From positions 3,200-67,199 of the forward strand of contig CAVEIY010000001.1 in the NCBI GenBank assembly GCA_963615825.1: a stretch of DNA of 64,000 bases. The letters are read 5' to 3'. Source of the stretch: Flexilinea sp. GTDB lineage: Bacteria; Bacillota; Clostridia; Oscillospirales; Oscillospiraceae. Every line of letters begins with the position of its first letter. Position 1 is the first letter of the stretch. The translations under genes were made by a program, and so were the position numbers. Below are positions 39,449 through 48,577 of the stretch, in pieces. The notes below the pieces were generated by a model. It had not been told where the DNA came from, made no database searches, and worked only from the letters and a program-made list of their open reading frames with translations.

Positions 39449-40273
39449 TTATCGCAGTAACTTCAGATAGATGACCTTGCGCAGCGTATTGGGTAACACA
39501 CACACAAAGGCCTGCCCCAACCCGCTAATGCAAAAATCCATCAGCGACATATACCCTTTCTTATGCTGGTTCCATTTAAAGTTCAATACAGTTCCGGCAT
39601 ATTTTAAGCCGCCGCGTCTTTTAAAGAAATCCTCGCTTGTTCTGATGTAATACAAACTTTCCTGAATATTATAGCTGCGGACGTGATATTCCAGTACCAT
39701 TCTTGCAAAAAGATCATAGTCCTCGTAAAGTGGGACGGAATGGTAGTTTCCACTTCTGATTACTGCGCTTTTCTTGTACATTACAGTTGGATGCAAAATA
39801 GCACATCTGCGACGCATAAAGCTGGTAATGTCGTCATGGGTTTCAGGAACACGATGGATGGATACGATATTATCTTTTTCGCCAATGAATTCTGCCTCAA
39901 AGGATCCCACCATCTCAAGGCTGGGGTCTTTTTCGAATATGGCCAACTGTTTTTCGCACCGATCTTTTTCCGATATATCATCGGAGTCCATTCTTGCAAT
40001 CAGTTCATTCCTGGATAAGACAATGCCTTTGGCTAAGGCTGGTCCAAGTCCAAGATTCTTTTCATTTGAAATGATATGGAATAAACCTGGATGTTTTTGA
40101 ACGTAATAATCCACAACTGCATCCAGTTCTGTCGTTAGTGGGCCGTCCTTAATCAGGATAAACTCATCAGGCGGGACCGTTTGATCGAGCATACTCTGAA
40201 TGCTTAATTTTAAATACTCGGCCTTTTCTTTTAGATATACAGACATCAGAACTGTATAGGGGGTATTATTCAT
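39449..40273 (-). CDS. Glycosyltransferase family 2
   Basis: YTVLMSVYLKEKAEYLKLSIQSMLDQTVPPDEFILIKDGP...MDSDD. Confidence 0.85.
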   Translation of the reverse strand: MNNTPYTVLMSVYLKEKAEYLKLSIQSMLDQTVPPDEFILIKDGPLTTELDAVVDYYVQKHPGLFHIISNEKNLGLGPALAKGIVLSRNELIARMDSDDISEKDRCEKQLAIFEKDPSLEMVGSFEAEFIGEKDNIVSIHRVPETHDDITSFMRRRCAILHPTVMYKKSAVIRSGNYHSVPLYEDYDLFARMVLEYHVRSYNIQESLYYIRTSEDFFKRRGGLKYAGTVLNFKWNQHKKGYMSLMDFCISGLGQAFVCVLPNTLRKVIYLKLLR

Positions 40274-40313
40274 CGTTTTATCCTACCTTCTGGTTGATTC
40301 TGTTCGCCCAAAC

Positions 40314-40922
40314 TTAAAACTTGAAGGTATCCTTCAGTCCCAGCCACTTCTGATCCTTAATGCTCAGGTTTAGTGCAGTACCGTCCTCCAGCCTATAGCC
40401 TTCTGCGCATGCGCTGCCCTTGTATTCACCCTTCAGCTGCGGCCATTCGATACCGATTTCCGGGTCATTCCAAGCCATGCCGCCCTCATCATTCGGATGC
40501 CAAAAGTCGTTGACCTTATAGCAGAATTCAGCCTCATTGCTCAGCACCAGAAAGCCATGAGCAAAGCCCTCTGGAATGAGAAATTGCTTTTTGTTCTCGG
40601 CAGACAGGATAATGCCATACCACTTGCCATAAGTTTTGGAAGCATTTCGCAGGTCAACAGCAACATCAAACACAGTTCCGCGCACAGCACGAACCAGTTT
40701 GCACTGCGGATACTGCTTCTGGAAATGCAGACCGCGCAGTACCCCCTTTGTGGACATGGACTGGTTGTCCTGCACAAAGTGGATGTCAATGCCAGCTTCC
40801 TTCATATCCTTCTCGTTGTAGGTTTCCATGAAATAACCGCGGGCATCCCCATGAACGGCAGGCTCAATGACACAAAGCCCCTCGATACCGCCGACGTTTT
40901 TCTCAACTTTAATCTGTCCCAT
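40314..40922 (-). CDS. rfbC: dTDP-4-dehydrorhamnose 3,5-epimerase
   Basis: GDARGYFMETYN...RGLHFQ...KLVRAVRGTVFDVAVDLR are canonical RmlC motifs. Confidence 0.92.
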   Translation of the reverse strand: MGQIKVEKNVGGIEGLCVIEPAVHGDARGYFMETYNEKDMKEAGIDIHFVQDNQSMSTKGVLRGLHFQKQYPQCKLVRAVRGTVFDVAVDLRNASKTYGKWYGIILSAENKKQFLIPEGFAHGFLVLSNEAEFCYKVNDFWHPNDEGGMAWNDPEIGIEWPQLKGEYKGSACAEGYRLEDGTALNLSIKDQKWLGLKDTFKF

Positions 40923-40937
40923 TTTCCTGGCTCCTCT

Positions 40938-41852
40938 TTACAGCTCGATTTCCTTCAAATAACGGCTCAGTGCATCCTGCCAAGTCGGGAGCGGGGTAAA
41001 TCCGGCCTCCACCAGCTTGCGTTTATCCAGACGGCTGTTGAACGGACGCGCTGCCTTGCTCAGACCATACTCTGCCGTCGTCACAGGCAGAACTTCCGTC
41101 TGATAACCAGCCTGACGGTAAATTTCTTTCGTGAAATCATACCAGCTGATATAGCCCCCCTCATTGGTGGCATGGTAATAGCCATATTTTTCGGTTTCAT
41201 TCATGTCGATGAGTAGCCGAGCCAAATCGTATGTATAAGTCGGCGTACCAATCTGGTCATTGACCACACGAACGGTGTCGTGGGTCTTGCCGACATTCAA
41301 CATGGTTTTAATGAAATTTTTGCCGTTCAAGCCGAATACCCAAGCAATGCGGACGATGAAATACTTCTCCAGCGCCTGGCTAACTGCCAGCTCGCCTTCC
41401 AGCTTTGTCTGGCCATACACGTTCAGTGGCTTATAATCCTTGCAGTCCGGCTGCCATGGCTCCGTACCTTGACCATCGAACACATAGTCTGTGCTGATGT
41501 AGGTCATCTTGCAGCCCAGGACCTTGCAGATATCAGCAATGTTCTGGGTGCCGTCTGCATTGATGGCGCGGACTTTTGCAACGTTATCATCATCTTCAGC
41601 CATATCCACAGCGGTCCATGCTGCACAGTGAATCACGGCATCCGGCGTTATTTCGGTTATTACTTTTTCAACATCCTCTTTGTCGGTGATATCCAGCGGC
41701 ACATACGGGGCTTTCGTTACAGCAGAGCCGTCTGCTACACCGCTGTAGTGCGCCTGAATGTCGGATCCTACCCCTTTATGACCGCGCTTCAGCAACTCGT
41801 TCATTACATCGTGCCCCAGTTGGCCGCCAACACCTGTTACAAAAAACTTCAT
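40938..41852 (-). CDS. rfbD: dTDP-4-dehydrorhamnose reductase
   Basis: MKFFVTGVGGQLG Rossmann motif. ISTDYVFDG and YGQTKLEGE (YxxxK). Confidence 0.9.
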   Translation of the reverse strand: MKFFVTGVGGQLGHDVMNELLKRGHKGVGSDIQAHYSGVADGSAVTKAPYVPLDITDKEDVEKVITEITPDAVIHCAAWTAVDMAEDDDNVAKVRAINADGTQNIADICKVLGCKMTYISTDYVFDGQGTEPWQPDCKDYKPLNVYGQTKLEGELAVSQALEKYFIVRIAWVFGLNGKNFIKTMLNVGKTHDTVRVVNDQIGTPTYTYDLARLLIDMNETEKYGYYHATNEGGYISWYDFTKEIYRQAGYQTEVLPVTTAEYGLSKAARPFNSRLDKRKLVEAGFTPLPTWQDALSRYLKEIEL

Positions 41853-41873
41853 GGTAATTCCTCCTTGGGGTCC

Positions 41874-42893
41874 TTAGCGATTGCTGTACATTTTCTCGTA
41901 GTAGTTCCGATACTCACCACTGATGATGGTTTCCCACCAATCGCGGTTATCAAGATACCACTGAATGGTTTTCTTGATGCCATCCTCAAACTTAGTCTCC
42001 GGCATCCAGCCCAGTTCGTTGTGGATCTTGGTCGGGTCGATTGCATAGCGCATATCATGGCCCTTACGGTCGGCAACATGGGTAATCAGGCTCTCAGGCT
42101 TGCCCAACTCTCTGCAAATAATCTTCACGATTTCAATGTTCTGCTTTTCGTTATGGCCGCCAACATTGTAGACTTCACCAATTTGGCCCTTGTGGATAAT
42201 TAGGTCGATGGCCTTGCAGTGATCCTCTACATACAACCAATCACGGACATTCAGGCCCTCTCCATAAACGGGAAGCGGCTTGTCGGCTAGTGCATTGGCA
42301 ATCATCAGCGGAATCAGCTTTTCCGGAAAGTGATACGGACCATAGTTGTTGGAGCAACGAGAGATGGTCACAGGCAGACCATATGTACGGTGGTAAGCCA
42401 ACACCAACAGGTCAGCGGCAGCCTTAGAGCTACTGTATGGGGAACTGGCGTGGATTGGAGTCTCCTCTGTGAAGAACAGGTCAGGACGGTCCAGCGGAAG
42501 ATCACCATAAACTTCATCGGTAGAAACCTGATGATAACGCTGAATGCCGTACTTGCGGCAGGCGTCCAGCAGCACGCCGGTACCAATGATATTGGTCTGA
42601 AGGAAGATACCGGGATCCTCAATAGAGCGGTCAACATGGGATTCTGCTGCGAAATTGACAACGATATCAGGATGTTCCTCCTCAAACAACTGATTCACTG
42701 CTGCACGGTCACAGATATCAGCCTTCACAAAGCGGAAATTTGCATTACCCATAACAGGTGCCAGTGTGGAAAGGTTGCCAGCATAGGTCAGCTTGTCCAG
42801 ACAGATGATCCGGTAGTCCGGATACTTCTTTTGCATATGGAATACAAAGTTGCTACCAATAAAACCGGCGCCGCCGGTAACAATAATATTCAT
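41874..42893 (-). CDS. rfbB: dTDP-glucose 4,6-dehydratase
   Basis: IIVTGGAGFIGSNF, HQVSTDEVYG, SPYSSSKAAADLL. Confidence 0.92.
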   Translation of the reverse strand: MNIIVTGGAGFIGSNFVFHMQKKYPDYRIICLDKLTYAGNLSTLAPVMGNANFRFVKADICDRAAVNQLFEEEHPDIVVNFAAESHVDRSIEDPGIFLQTNIIGTGVLLDACRKYGIQRYHQVSTDEVYGDLPLDRPDLFFTEETPIHASSPYSSSKAAADLLVLAYHRTYGLPVTISRCSNNYGPYHFPEKLIPLMIANALADKPLPVYGEGLNVRDWLYVEDHCKAIDLIIHKGQIGEVYNVGGHNEKQNIEIVKIICRELGKPESLITHVADRKGHDMRYAIDPTKIHNELGWMPETKFEDGIKKTIQWYLDNRDWWETIISGEYRNYYEKMYSNR

Positions 42894-42923
42894 GATCTAT
42901 CTCCTCTGAACATATCTCGCAAG

Positions 42924-43820
42924 TTAATACAGATGCTCCTGATACTTGCCGTCCATAACATCTTTCAAATACTGACCGTATTGATTCTTTTTCATTACCT
43001 CATAGACTTCCATCAGTGCATCCTTGCTGATCCAGCCGTTTAGGTATGCGATTTCCTCCAGGCAGGCAATCTTGCGGTGCTGATGCTGCTCCACAGTCTT
43101 TACAAAGTTGGTTGCGTCTACTAAGCTCTCATGTGTGCCAGTGTCCAGCCAGGTAAAGCCCTGCCCCAGCAGTTCTACATTCAAAGAACCGTCCTTTAGA
43201 TAGATGCGGTTCAGGTCCGTAATTTCCAACTCGCCGCGAGCAGACGGTTTCAGTTCCTTTGCAAACTCAACGACACGGTTGTCGTAGAAGTACAGACCAG
43301 TCACGCAGTAATTGCTCTTCGGGTGCTCCGGCTTTTCCTCAATGGAAACTGCCTTACCGTTCTTGTCGAACTCAACAATACCGAATCGTTCTGGATCATC
43401 CACATAATAGCCAAATATGGTTGCGCCCTTGCCGCTTTCTGCGTCCTGAACAGCTGTCTGCAAACGCTTCTTTAGACCGTGGCCCGCAAAAATGTTGTCG
43501 CCCAGTACCATTGCTACGGAATCGTTACCGATAAAGTCAGCTCCAATGATAAAGGCCTGCGCCAGCCCATCCGGAGAAGGCTGAACAGCATACGTCAGAT
43601 TCACACCGAACTGGTGACCATCGCCAAGCAAATTCTCAAAGCGCGGTGTGTCCTGCGGTGTGGAGATAATCAAAATATCACGGATGCCAGCGTTCATCAG
43701 AACAGACATTGGATAGTAAATCATTGGTTTATCATAGATGGGTAAAAGCTGCTTGCTTGTAACCTTCGTTAATGGATATAGACGGGTGCCAGAGCCACCT
43801 GCCAAAATAATACCCTTCAT
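42924..43820 (-). CDS. rfbA: Glucose-1-phosphate thymidylyltransferase
   Basis: [37 protein letters not shown]. Confidence 0.93.
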   Translation of the reverse strand: MKGIILAGGSGTRLYPLTKVTSKQLLPIYDKPMIYYPMSVLMNAGIRDILIISTPQDTPRFENLLGDGHQFGVNLTYAVQPSPDGLAQAFIIGADFIGNDSVAMVLGDNIFAGHGLKKRLQTAVQDAESGKGATIFGYYVDDPERFGIVEFDKNGKAVSIEEKPEHPKSNYCVTGLYFYDNRVVEFAKELKPSARGELEITDLNRIYLKDGSLNVELLGQGFTWLDTGTHESLVDATNFVKTVEQHQHRKIACLEEIAYLNGWISKDALMEVYEVMKKNQYGQYLKDVMDGKYQEHLY

Positions 43821-43973
43821 AATATCCCTCCGCTATTTCATTTTTAAAACATCCATGTACACATCATGGAGATCGGTACTTTACTCACAATCGAGCCCTA
43901 TAATTGGCCAAGTGTCGGCCTTTACTGCGGCATTTTACTGATGCAGTTACATGACGTCTCTTTCCTTTTTGGT

Positions 43974-44015
43974 CAACAAAACACCCGCATACAGTGCATT
44001 TCAACTGCATGCGGG
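43974..44015 (-). terminator. Internal hairpin/terminator between the priming transferase and rfbA
   Basis: Minus strand reads CCCGCATGCAGT-tgaaatgc-ACTGTATGCGGG followed by TGTTTTGTTG. Confidence 0.55.
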
Positions 44016-44023
44016 CAACCCCA

Positions 44024-44734
44024 TCACCGTCCGTGCCCCATTAGGCACACTCGAAAAGTTTTGAAAATGATCTTCCAGTCAACAAGGAAGCTGCGTTCCT
44101 GAATGTACTTTATGTCTAGGTCCACCCATTCGTCAAAACTCAGGTCATTCCGGTTCGGCTCGATTTGCCAGTAGCAGCTAAGTCCCGGTGTTATGTACAG
44201 GCGTTGCAGTTCGTAGGCGTTATACTGCTCGACTTCCCGTGGAAGTGGCGGCCGGGGACCTACGATGCTCATATCGCCCTTTAAGATATTCCAGAGCTGC
44301 GGAAGCTCGTCCAGACTTGTTTTCCGAATGAAATGGCCGACTCTGGTAATACGGGGATCTTCTTTCATCTTAAAGGCGGGACCATCCATCTCGTTTTGCG
44401 CAAGTAACGTATCTAATTTTGCTTCTGCATTGGGACACATGGAGCGGAATTTATAGAACGTAAACGGTTTTCCACCCCGTCCTACACGAGTTTGCGAGAA
44501 GATGGGGCCTGCGCTCGGATCATCAATTACAATTGCAAGCGCGATTACAAGCATCACTGGTGACAGGACAATCAACGCCAGAAGGGACAGAACAATGTCT
44601 TGTATACGCCGTCCGATCCAGTATCCTTTGTGTTCACGTAGATTTTGCTTTTCATCCAGCAGGACTGCTGCATTCATGCCAGAATGCAGTTCTGCCCCTG
44701 CGCCATTTGCCACTTTAACTTCCACCTTTACCAC
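44024..44734 (-). CDS. Undecaprenyl-phosphate sugar phosphotransferase (bacterial sugar transferase, short WbaP/CpsE-type priming enzyme)
   Basis: PIFSQTRVGRGGKPFTFYKFRSM...DELPQLWNILKGDMSIVGPRP. One N-terminal TM. Start is uncertain (GTG 44734 or an internal ATG). Confidence 0.85.
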   Translation of the reverse strand: MVKVEVKVANGAGAELHSGMNAAVLLDEKQNLREHKGYWIGRRIQDIVLSLLALIVLSPVMLVIALAIVIDDPSAGPIFSQTRVGRGGKPFTFYKFRSMCPNAEAKLDTLLAQNEMDGPAFKMKEDPRITRVGHFIRKTSLDELPQLWNILKGDMSIVGPRPPLPREVEQYNAYELQRLYITPGLSCYWQIEPNRNDLSFDEWVDLDIKYIQERSFLVDWKIIFKTFRVCLMGHGR

Positions 44735-44761
44735 ACATCCCTCAACTCATTACATGCCAGA

Positions 44762-45469
44762 TCAGGTTTCAAACAGTGCAAGCGCGTTGCCTGCCAACTG
44801 ATCTGCAACATCTCCCATTCCCCAGTCGTCCAATTGCTCATAGGCAAACCCCAGATTCGGCATTCTTGTATCCATGTTGTGGCTGTCTGAACCCAATAAA
44901 TCGACAACCCCCTTTTGTAGTAGCTTCTTTGCCTTTTTTTGTGTCTTAGGATTCAAGATATACTCTGCATTCATCTGGATCATTACGTCCATATCCAGAA
45001 GCTCCTGTATCGTTTTTTTGTCCTCAAATGCAAAAAAACGCTCTAAATGCGCAATTACGGGGATAATACCTCGGGTGTTCCGCAGCATCTGCACGTCCCG
45101 CAGAACGGTTGTGTCCCATTTGGCAAATGGCAGCTCAAGCAGAAGATAGTTTGATTCTCCAATGCAGAGCCGATCCAGCTTCGGCTCGTAGATCAGCCCG
45201 TTATGGTAGGCTACCTCGGCGCCCAGCACCACAGAAGGATGATCCTCCCACTGAGACTGTATCAATGCCGCGGCAAGCCGCTTTGCTGCTTCCACGCGCC
45301 GAACTAAAAAATGATCCACCGTTTCCTTCGGATAGTAGTGTGAAGTCGCTGCGATATGTGTTACACCCTGCCAATAGCTTTCTTCCATCAGATCTAAGGA
45401 CTCTTCGGCAGTCTTACACCCGTCGTCAATCCCTGGAAGCAGGTGACAATGAACATCACATAGGGGCAT
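44762..45469 (-). CDS. Tyrosine-protein phosphatase, PHP family (CpsB/Wzh-type)
   Basis: MPLCDVHCHLLPGIDDG N-terminus. HYY and GSDSH motifs. Confidence 0.88.
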   Translation of the reverse strand: MPLCDVHCHLLPGIDDGCKTAEESLDLMEESYWQGVTHIAATSHYYPKETVDHFLVRRVEAAKRLAAALIQSQWEDHPSVVLGAEVAYHNGLIYEPKLDRLCIGESNYLLLELPFAKWDTTVLRDVQMLRNTRGIIPVIAHLERFFAFEDKKTIQELLDMDVMIQMNAEYILNPKTQKKAKKLLQKGVVDLLGSDSHNMDTRMPNLGFAYEQLDDWGMGDVADQLAGNALALFET

Positions 45470-45486
45470 CTATGATTTCTCCTGAA

Positions 45487-46179
45487 TCAATAGTAGTGTT
45501 TGTAGTAGCTTTTTCCGGTTACCGGCGCATCGTTATACACCATACCTAAGATTTTTGCATTGGCCAGACGGAGCTGACTCAGCATCGCGTTGACCTCGCG
45601 GTATTCTGCAACATTGTGTCGTGCCACCAACAGCAGTCCGTCCAGCCGCTTTGCAAGAATTGCGGCATCTGTAACTGAATTGACCGGCGGCAGATCCACG
45701 ATGATATATTCATAGTATTTTTTGAGGATTTCCAATAGCTTGGCCATCCGGTTGGATTCCAGCAGATAGGTAGGATCGGGCGGAATGGTTCCAGAGGGAA
45801 GTACGGTGATATCCATCCCGTTAATTCGGCGCAAAGCGGACTCGATATTTCCGTTTTGCACAAGAATATTACTGAGGCCCGGTACGCCGGTAATCCCCAG
45901 TTTTGACGCAATGGTAGGAAGGCGCATATCGCAATCAATCAACAATACTTTTTTCCCAATCTGGGAAAAGGAGATTGCGAGATTTAATGCAGTGGAACTT
46001 TTTCCCTCGCCTTTGGTAGCGGATGTTACGCCGATGCACTTGGAGGGGCTGTCGGGCAGCGAGAAAATCACGTTGGTTCTCAGCGCTTTATAGGCCTCTA
46101 CAACGGAAAAAGGGGAATCTGCGCTCAATACATGCCATTCTCCGTTGGATTCGGCACCGTGTTGATTTTTTTTAGACAT
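45487..46179 (-). CDS. CpsD/CapB family tyrosine-protein kinase (Wze)
   Basis: Walker A VTSATKGEGKSST. C-terminal Tyr cluster GKSYYKHYY. Confidence 0.88.
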   Translation of the reverse strand: MSKKNQHGAESNGEWHVLSADSPFSVVEAYKALRTNVIFSLPDSPSKCIGVTSATKGEGKSSTALNLAISFSQIGKKVLLIDCDMRLPTIASKLGITGVPGLSNILVQNGNIESALRRINGMDITVLPSGTIPPDPTYLLESNRMAKLLEILKKYYEYIIVDLPPVNSVTDAAILAKRLDGLLLVARHNVAEYREVNAMLSQLRLANAKILGMVYNDAPVTGKSYYKHYY

Positions 46180-46955
46180 CAGCGTTTTCCTCCACTTTCC
46201 TTCTTGGAATAGGCATAGCTGTCACCGATCTTTGCAGCGGCCTCCATGTTGGGAATCGAACCAATCACCGGAATTCCGCAGCGCTCTTCCAGTGTGCTGA
46301 CATCTTTAATCCGGTCGTCCAACAGTTCCTTCACGATTACAATACCGGCGGAAAGAAAGATACCGAGAATCACACCCAATAAAGCATTTTTGGTGTAGCT
46401 GGGGGAATAGATGTCGACGGGAATGACCGGCTGGTCTACGATCTGCATAGAGCTTCCTTCAACAATTTTTGCAATATAATCTCCAGCAACCTCCGATATT
46501 GCCCGTGCAACTGCGGCAGCCATTTGGGCATCCGGCATTGTCACGGATACCTGGATGATTTCAGTGCTATCTACGGAAGCTGTGGATACCATTTGTTTTA
46601 GCTGTAAATAATCATAAGGAGCGCCGGCCTGCGCGGCTGCACTCTCCAATACGGAACGACTGGTAATTACGGCAGAATAGGTCTTTACCAGAGCCTGGGA
46701 GGCGGCTAAGTCTGAATTGGTCAGCGTTCCGGAACCGCTATCCTGATTGCTGCGGTTGTTGACATACGCGGAAAAGGTAGACTGATACTGCGGTGTAATG
46801 AACACATGCGTTCCAACAAATGCCAATACACCGCAGAGTATACCAACCAGCAGGATGATACCTGCACGCTTCCTGAGTGCTTTGGCAAGCACCCGAAGAT
46901 CTATCGTCACTTCATCCTCATTGTTCCCAATTCCAACATGATTGGCAGCTGCCAT
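46179..46955 (-). CDS. Wzz/CpsC-type chain-length determinant (Wzd), kinase modulator
   Basis: Two TM helices flank a periplasm-like loop. 1-nt overlap with the kinase gene. First gene after the invertible promoter. Confidence 0.8.
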   Translation of the reverse strand: MAAANHVGIGNNEDEVTIDLRVLAKALRKRAGIILLVGILCGVLAFVGTHVFITPQYQSTFSAYVNNRSNQDSGSGTLTNSDLAASQALVKTYSAVITSRSVLESAAAQAGAPYDYLQLKQMVSTASVDSTEIIQVSVTMPDAQMAAAVARAISEVAGDYIAKIVEGSSMQIVDQPVIPVDIYSPSYTKNALLGVILGIFLSAGIVIVKELLDDRIKDVSTLEERCGIPVIGSIPNMEAAAKIGDSYAYSKKESGGKR

Positions 46956-47131
46956 AAACCTTCTATCCCCTCAGCAATGTATATTTGATCGTGTTACTTC
47001 CTCGTGTGCCCTAAAATGTATCGACATGTGAAAGCCCGCGTTGCGATGCGTTCCAGGAGCTCTGATACTACTGGAATATTCTTCGGATTGTTACGCAGCT
47101 GTTGTTTTGAGATCTATGGATTCACCTGATA

Positions 47132-47156
47132 ATTACATAATCAGCATTATGTGATA
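47132..47156. repeat. Inverted repeat, left arm (IR-L) of putative inverton
   Basis: ATTACATAATCAGCATTATGTGATA. The exact reverse complement lies at 47403-47427. Confidence 0.9.
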
Positions 47157-47188
47157 CGAATGCACAACAATGATATTTTTCTTTTTGA

Positions 47189-47217
47189 ATTTTATCATCA
47201 TCATTTCCGAAAGTCAA
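47189..47217 (-). promoter_or_regulatory. Near-consensus sigma-70 promoter inside the invertible segment, currently aimed at the capsule operon
   Basis: Minus strand has TTGACT (47217-47212), 17-nt spacer, TAAAAT (47194-47189). Confidence 0.6.
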
Positions 47218-47402
47218 CCTAAACCGCCTAGATTTGTCAATTCATAAGGGATGGTTGATCCATATCAATTATACTCAAAGCAACAGAGCTTGGATTCCAC
47301 AGACTTTGCGGGACAAGCTCTCGTCTTTTATCGCCTTTGCATACATTTAAATACATTTTAGTATATATATGTATTTTCGATGCTGATAATAGCTGCTAAT
47401 AC

Positions 47403-47427
47403 TATCACATAATGCTGATTATGTAAT
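47403..47427. repeat. Inverted repeat, right arm (IR-R)
   Basis: TATCACATAATGCTGATTATGTAAT is the reverse complement of IR-L, 25/25. Confidence 0.9.
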
Positions 47428-47444
47428 GGTCTGGATTATTGCGA

Positions 47445-48284
47445 TTATAGCAGTAGACCAAGGCCATCAATTTTTTTCTGGTGCTCCATACCGGTAGACA
47501 TAATATAGATCCGCGTTGTGTTGATGCTGCTGTGTCCCAGCAAATCTGCCAGCTTTGCAATGTCCTTTTCCAGTTCATAAAATGTCTTTGCAAAGAGCTT
47601 TCGCAGATTATGCGGAAAAACCTTTTCCCGTAATACATGGGCTTGGGTACAGAGTTGCTTCATTTCAGCCCATATATTACAGCGGTTGACTGCTTTTCCG
47701 CTTTTGGTTCGGAATATTATCCCGCTTTTAATATGATTCTGCTGTGCATAGGCCAGCAGAATTTTTTTCAATTTATGAGGAATTAAAATTGGCCGTGTTT
47801 TTCCCTTGCAAGAGACGATGACTTCCCCTTTACGCACCATCTCCACGGTAAAAAAGCGCAGTTCTGATACTCGGATTCCGGTGCTGCATATTGTCTCCAA
47901 GATAAGCTTGAGGCGTGGCTGATGCTCTGCTGCACGGAGAAGCCGCATATATTCCTTTTTGGTAAGCTCCTTATTTTCTGTTAAATAGGTCTGGCGCTGC
48001 AGTTTTATGCTTTTTACCTTACAATCTCCGCATTCCATGTAGTCGAGTAAGCAATTGACAGCGGCAAGCATGGAGTTTACAGAACGAACGGCATACCCTT
48101 TTTCTATTAGCGCCTGTTTATATTGAACAACCAATTCCTTTGTTAGGGTCTGGCTTCCAATGAACTTTAAAAAGCAGCCAGTATCATGACGATATTTTTG
48201 GATTGTAGCGGAGCTTCGTTCTTCATGGACCAAATAAGTGAAAAAACCATTCATTACTTCATCCGTTATTTTATCCTGTCTCAT
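47445..48284 (-). CDS. Tyrosine-type site-specific recombinase (phage integrase/Xer family), candidate invertase
   Basis: N-terminal SAM-like core-binding domain. Catalytic set GIRVSELR (R), CKGKTR (K), PHNLRKLF (HxxR), LGHSSINTTRIY (H, Y). Start moved to ATG 48284 behind GGGAGGA. Confidence 0.85.
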   Translation of the reverse strand: MRQDKITDEVMNGFFTYLVHEERSSATIQKYRHDTGCFLKFIGSQTLTKELVVQYKQALIEKGYAVRSVNSMLAAVNCLLDYMECGDCKVKSIKLQRQTYLTENKELTKKEYMRLLRAAEHQPRLKLILETICSTGIRVSELRFFTVEMVRKGEVIVSCKGKTRPILIPHKLKKILLAYAQQNHIKSGIIFRTKSGKAVNRCNIWAEMKQLCTQAHVLREKVFPHNLRKLFAKTFYELEKDIAKLADLLGHSSINTTRIYIMSTGMEHQKKIDGLGLLL

Positions 48285-48470
48285 TGTGTTTCCTCCCAAA
48301 TTCAATAGATACCTATAATATAGCATTTCTCATTCAAAAGAATAAAGAAGCGTGAGACAGAATTTGCTCCGGGCCTGCAAGTGAATGGGTTGCGCTGCCG
48401 TGAAAATTGTGATCCTTTCGTCCGCAGAGAAAAGCCGCTGATTTCCAAAGAAATCGGCGGCTTTTTCAAA

Positions 48471-48503
48471 ATAAAAATGGGCAGCCACAGTGTGTGGCTG
48501 CCC
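48471..48503 (-). terminator. Terminator of the Dlt-like operon
   Basis: Minus strand reads GGGCAGCCACA-cac-TGTGGCTGCCC followed by ATTTTTATTTTG. A second hairpin follows at 48431-48464. Confidence 0.75.
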
Positions 48504-48577
48504 ATGATGGCGATGCAGGGATAGATAGTTAAAGCACAGCGGCGATAGCACAAGACTGTCCGTTCACAAGTAGCGGC

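Larger units (their letters stand above)
47132..47427. other. Putative invertible DNA switch (inverton) carrying the capsule promoter
   Basis: 25-bp perfect IRs bracket 246 bp of AT-rich non-coding DNA. It lies between the tyrosine recombinase 3' end (47445) and the wzd start (46955). Confidence 0.65.

Noticed and set aside
47337-47367. Possible second, outward-facing promoter (TTGCAT...TATATA) on the plus strand inside the invertible segment
   Set aside because: The spacer is 19 nt for the best -10, and the alternative -10 hexamers are poor. It is not strong enough to call. It is noted only because a second promoter would change the ON/OFF logic.
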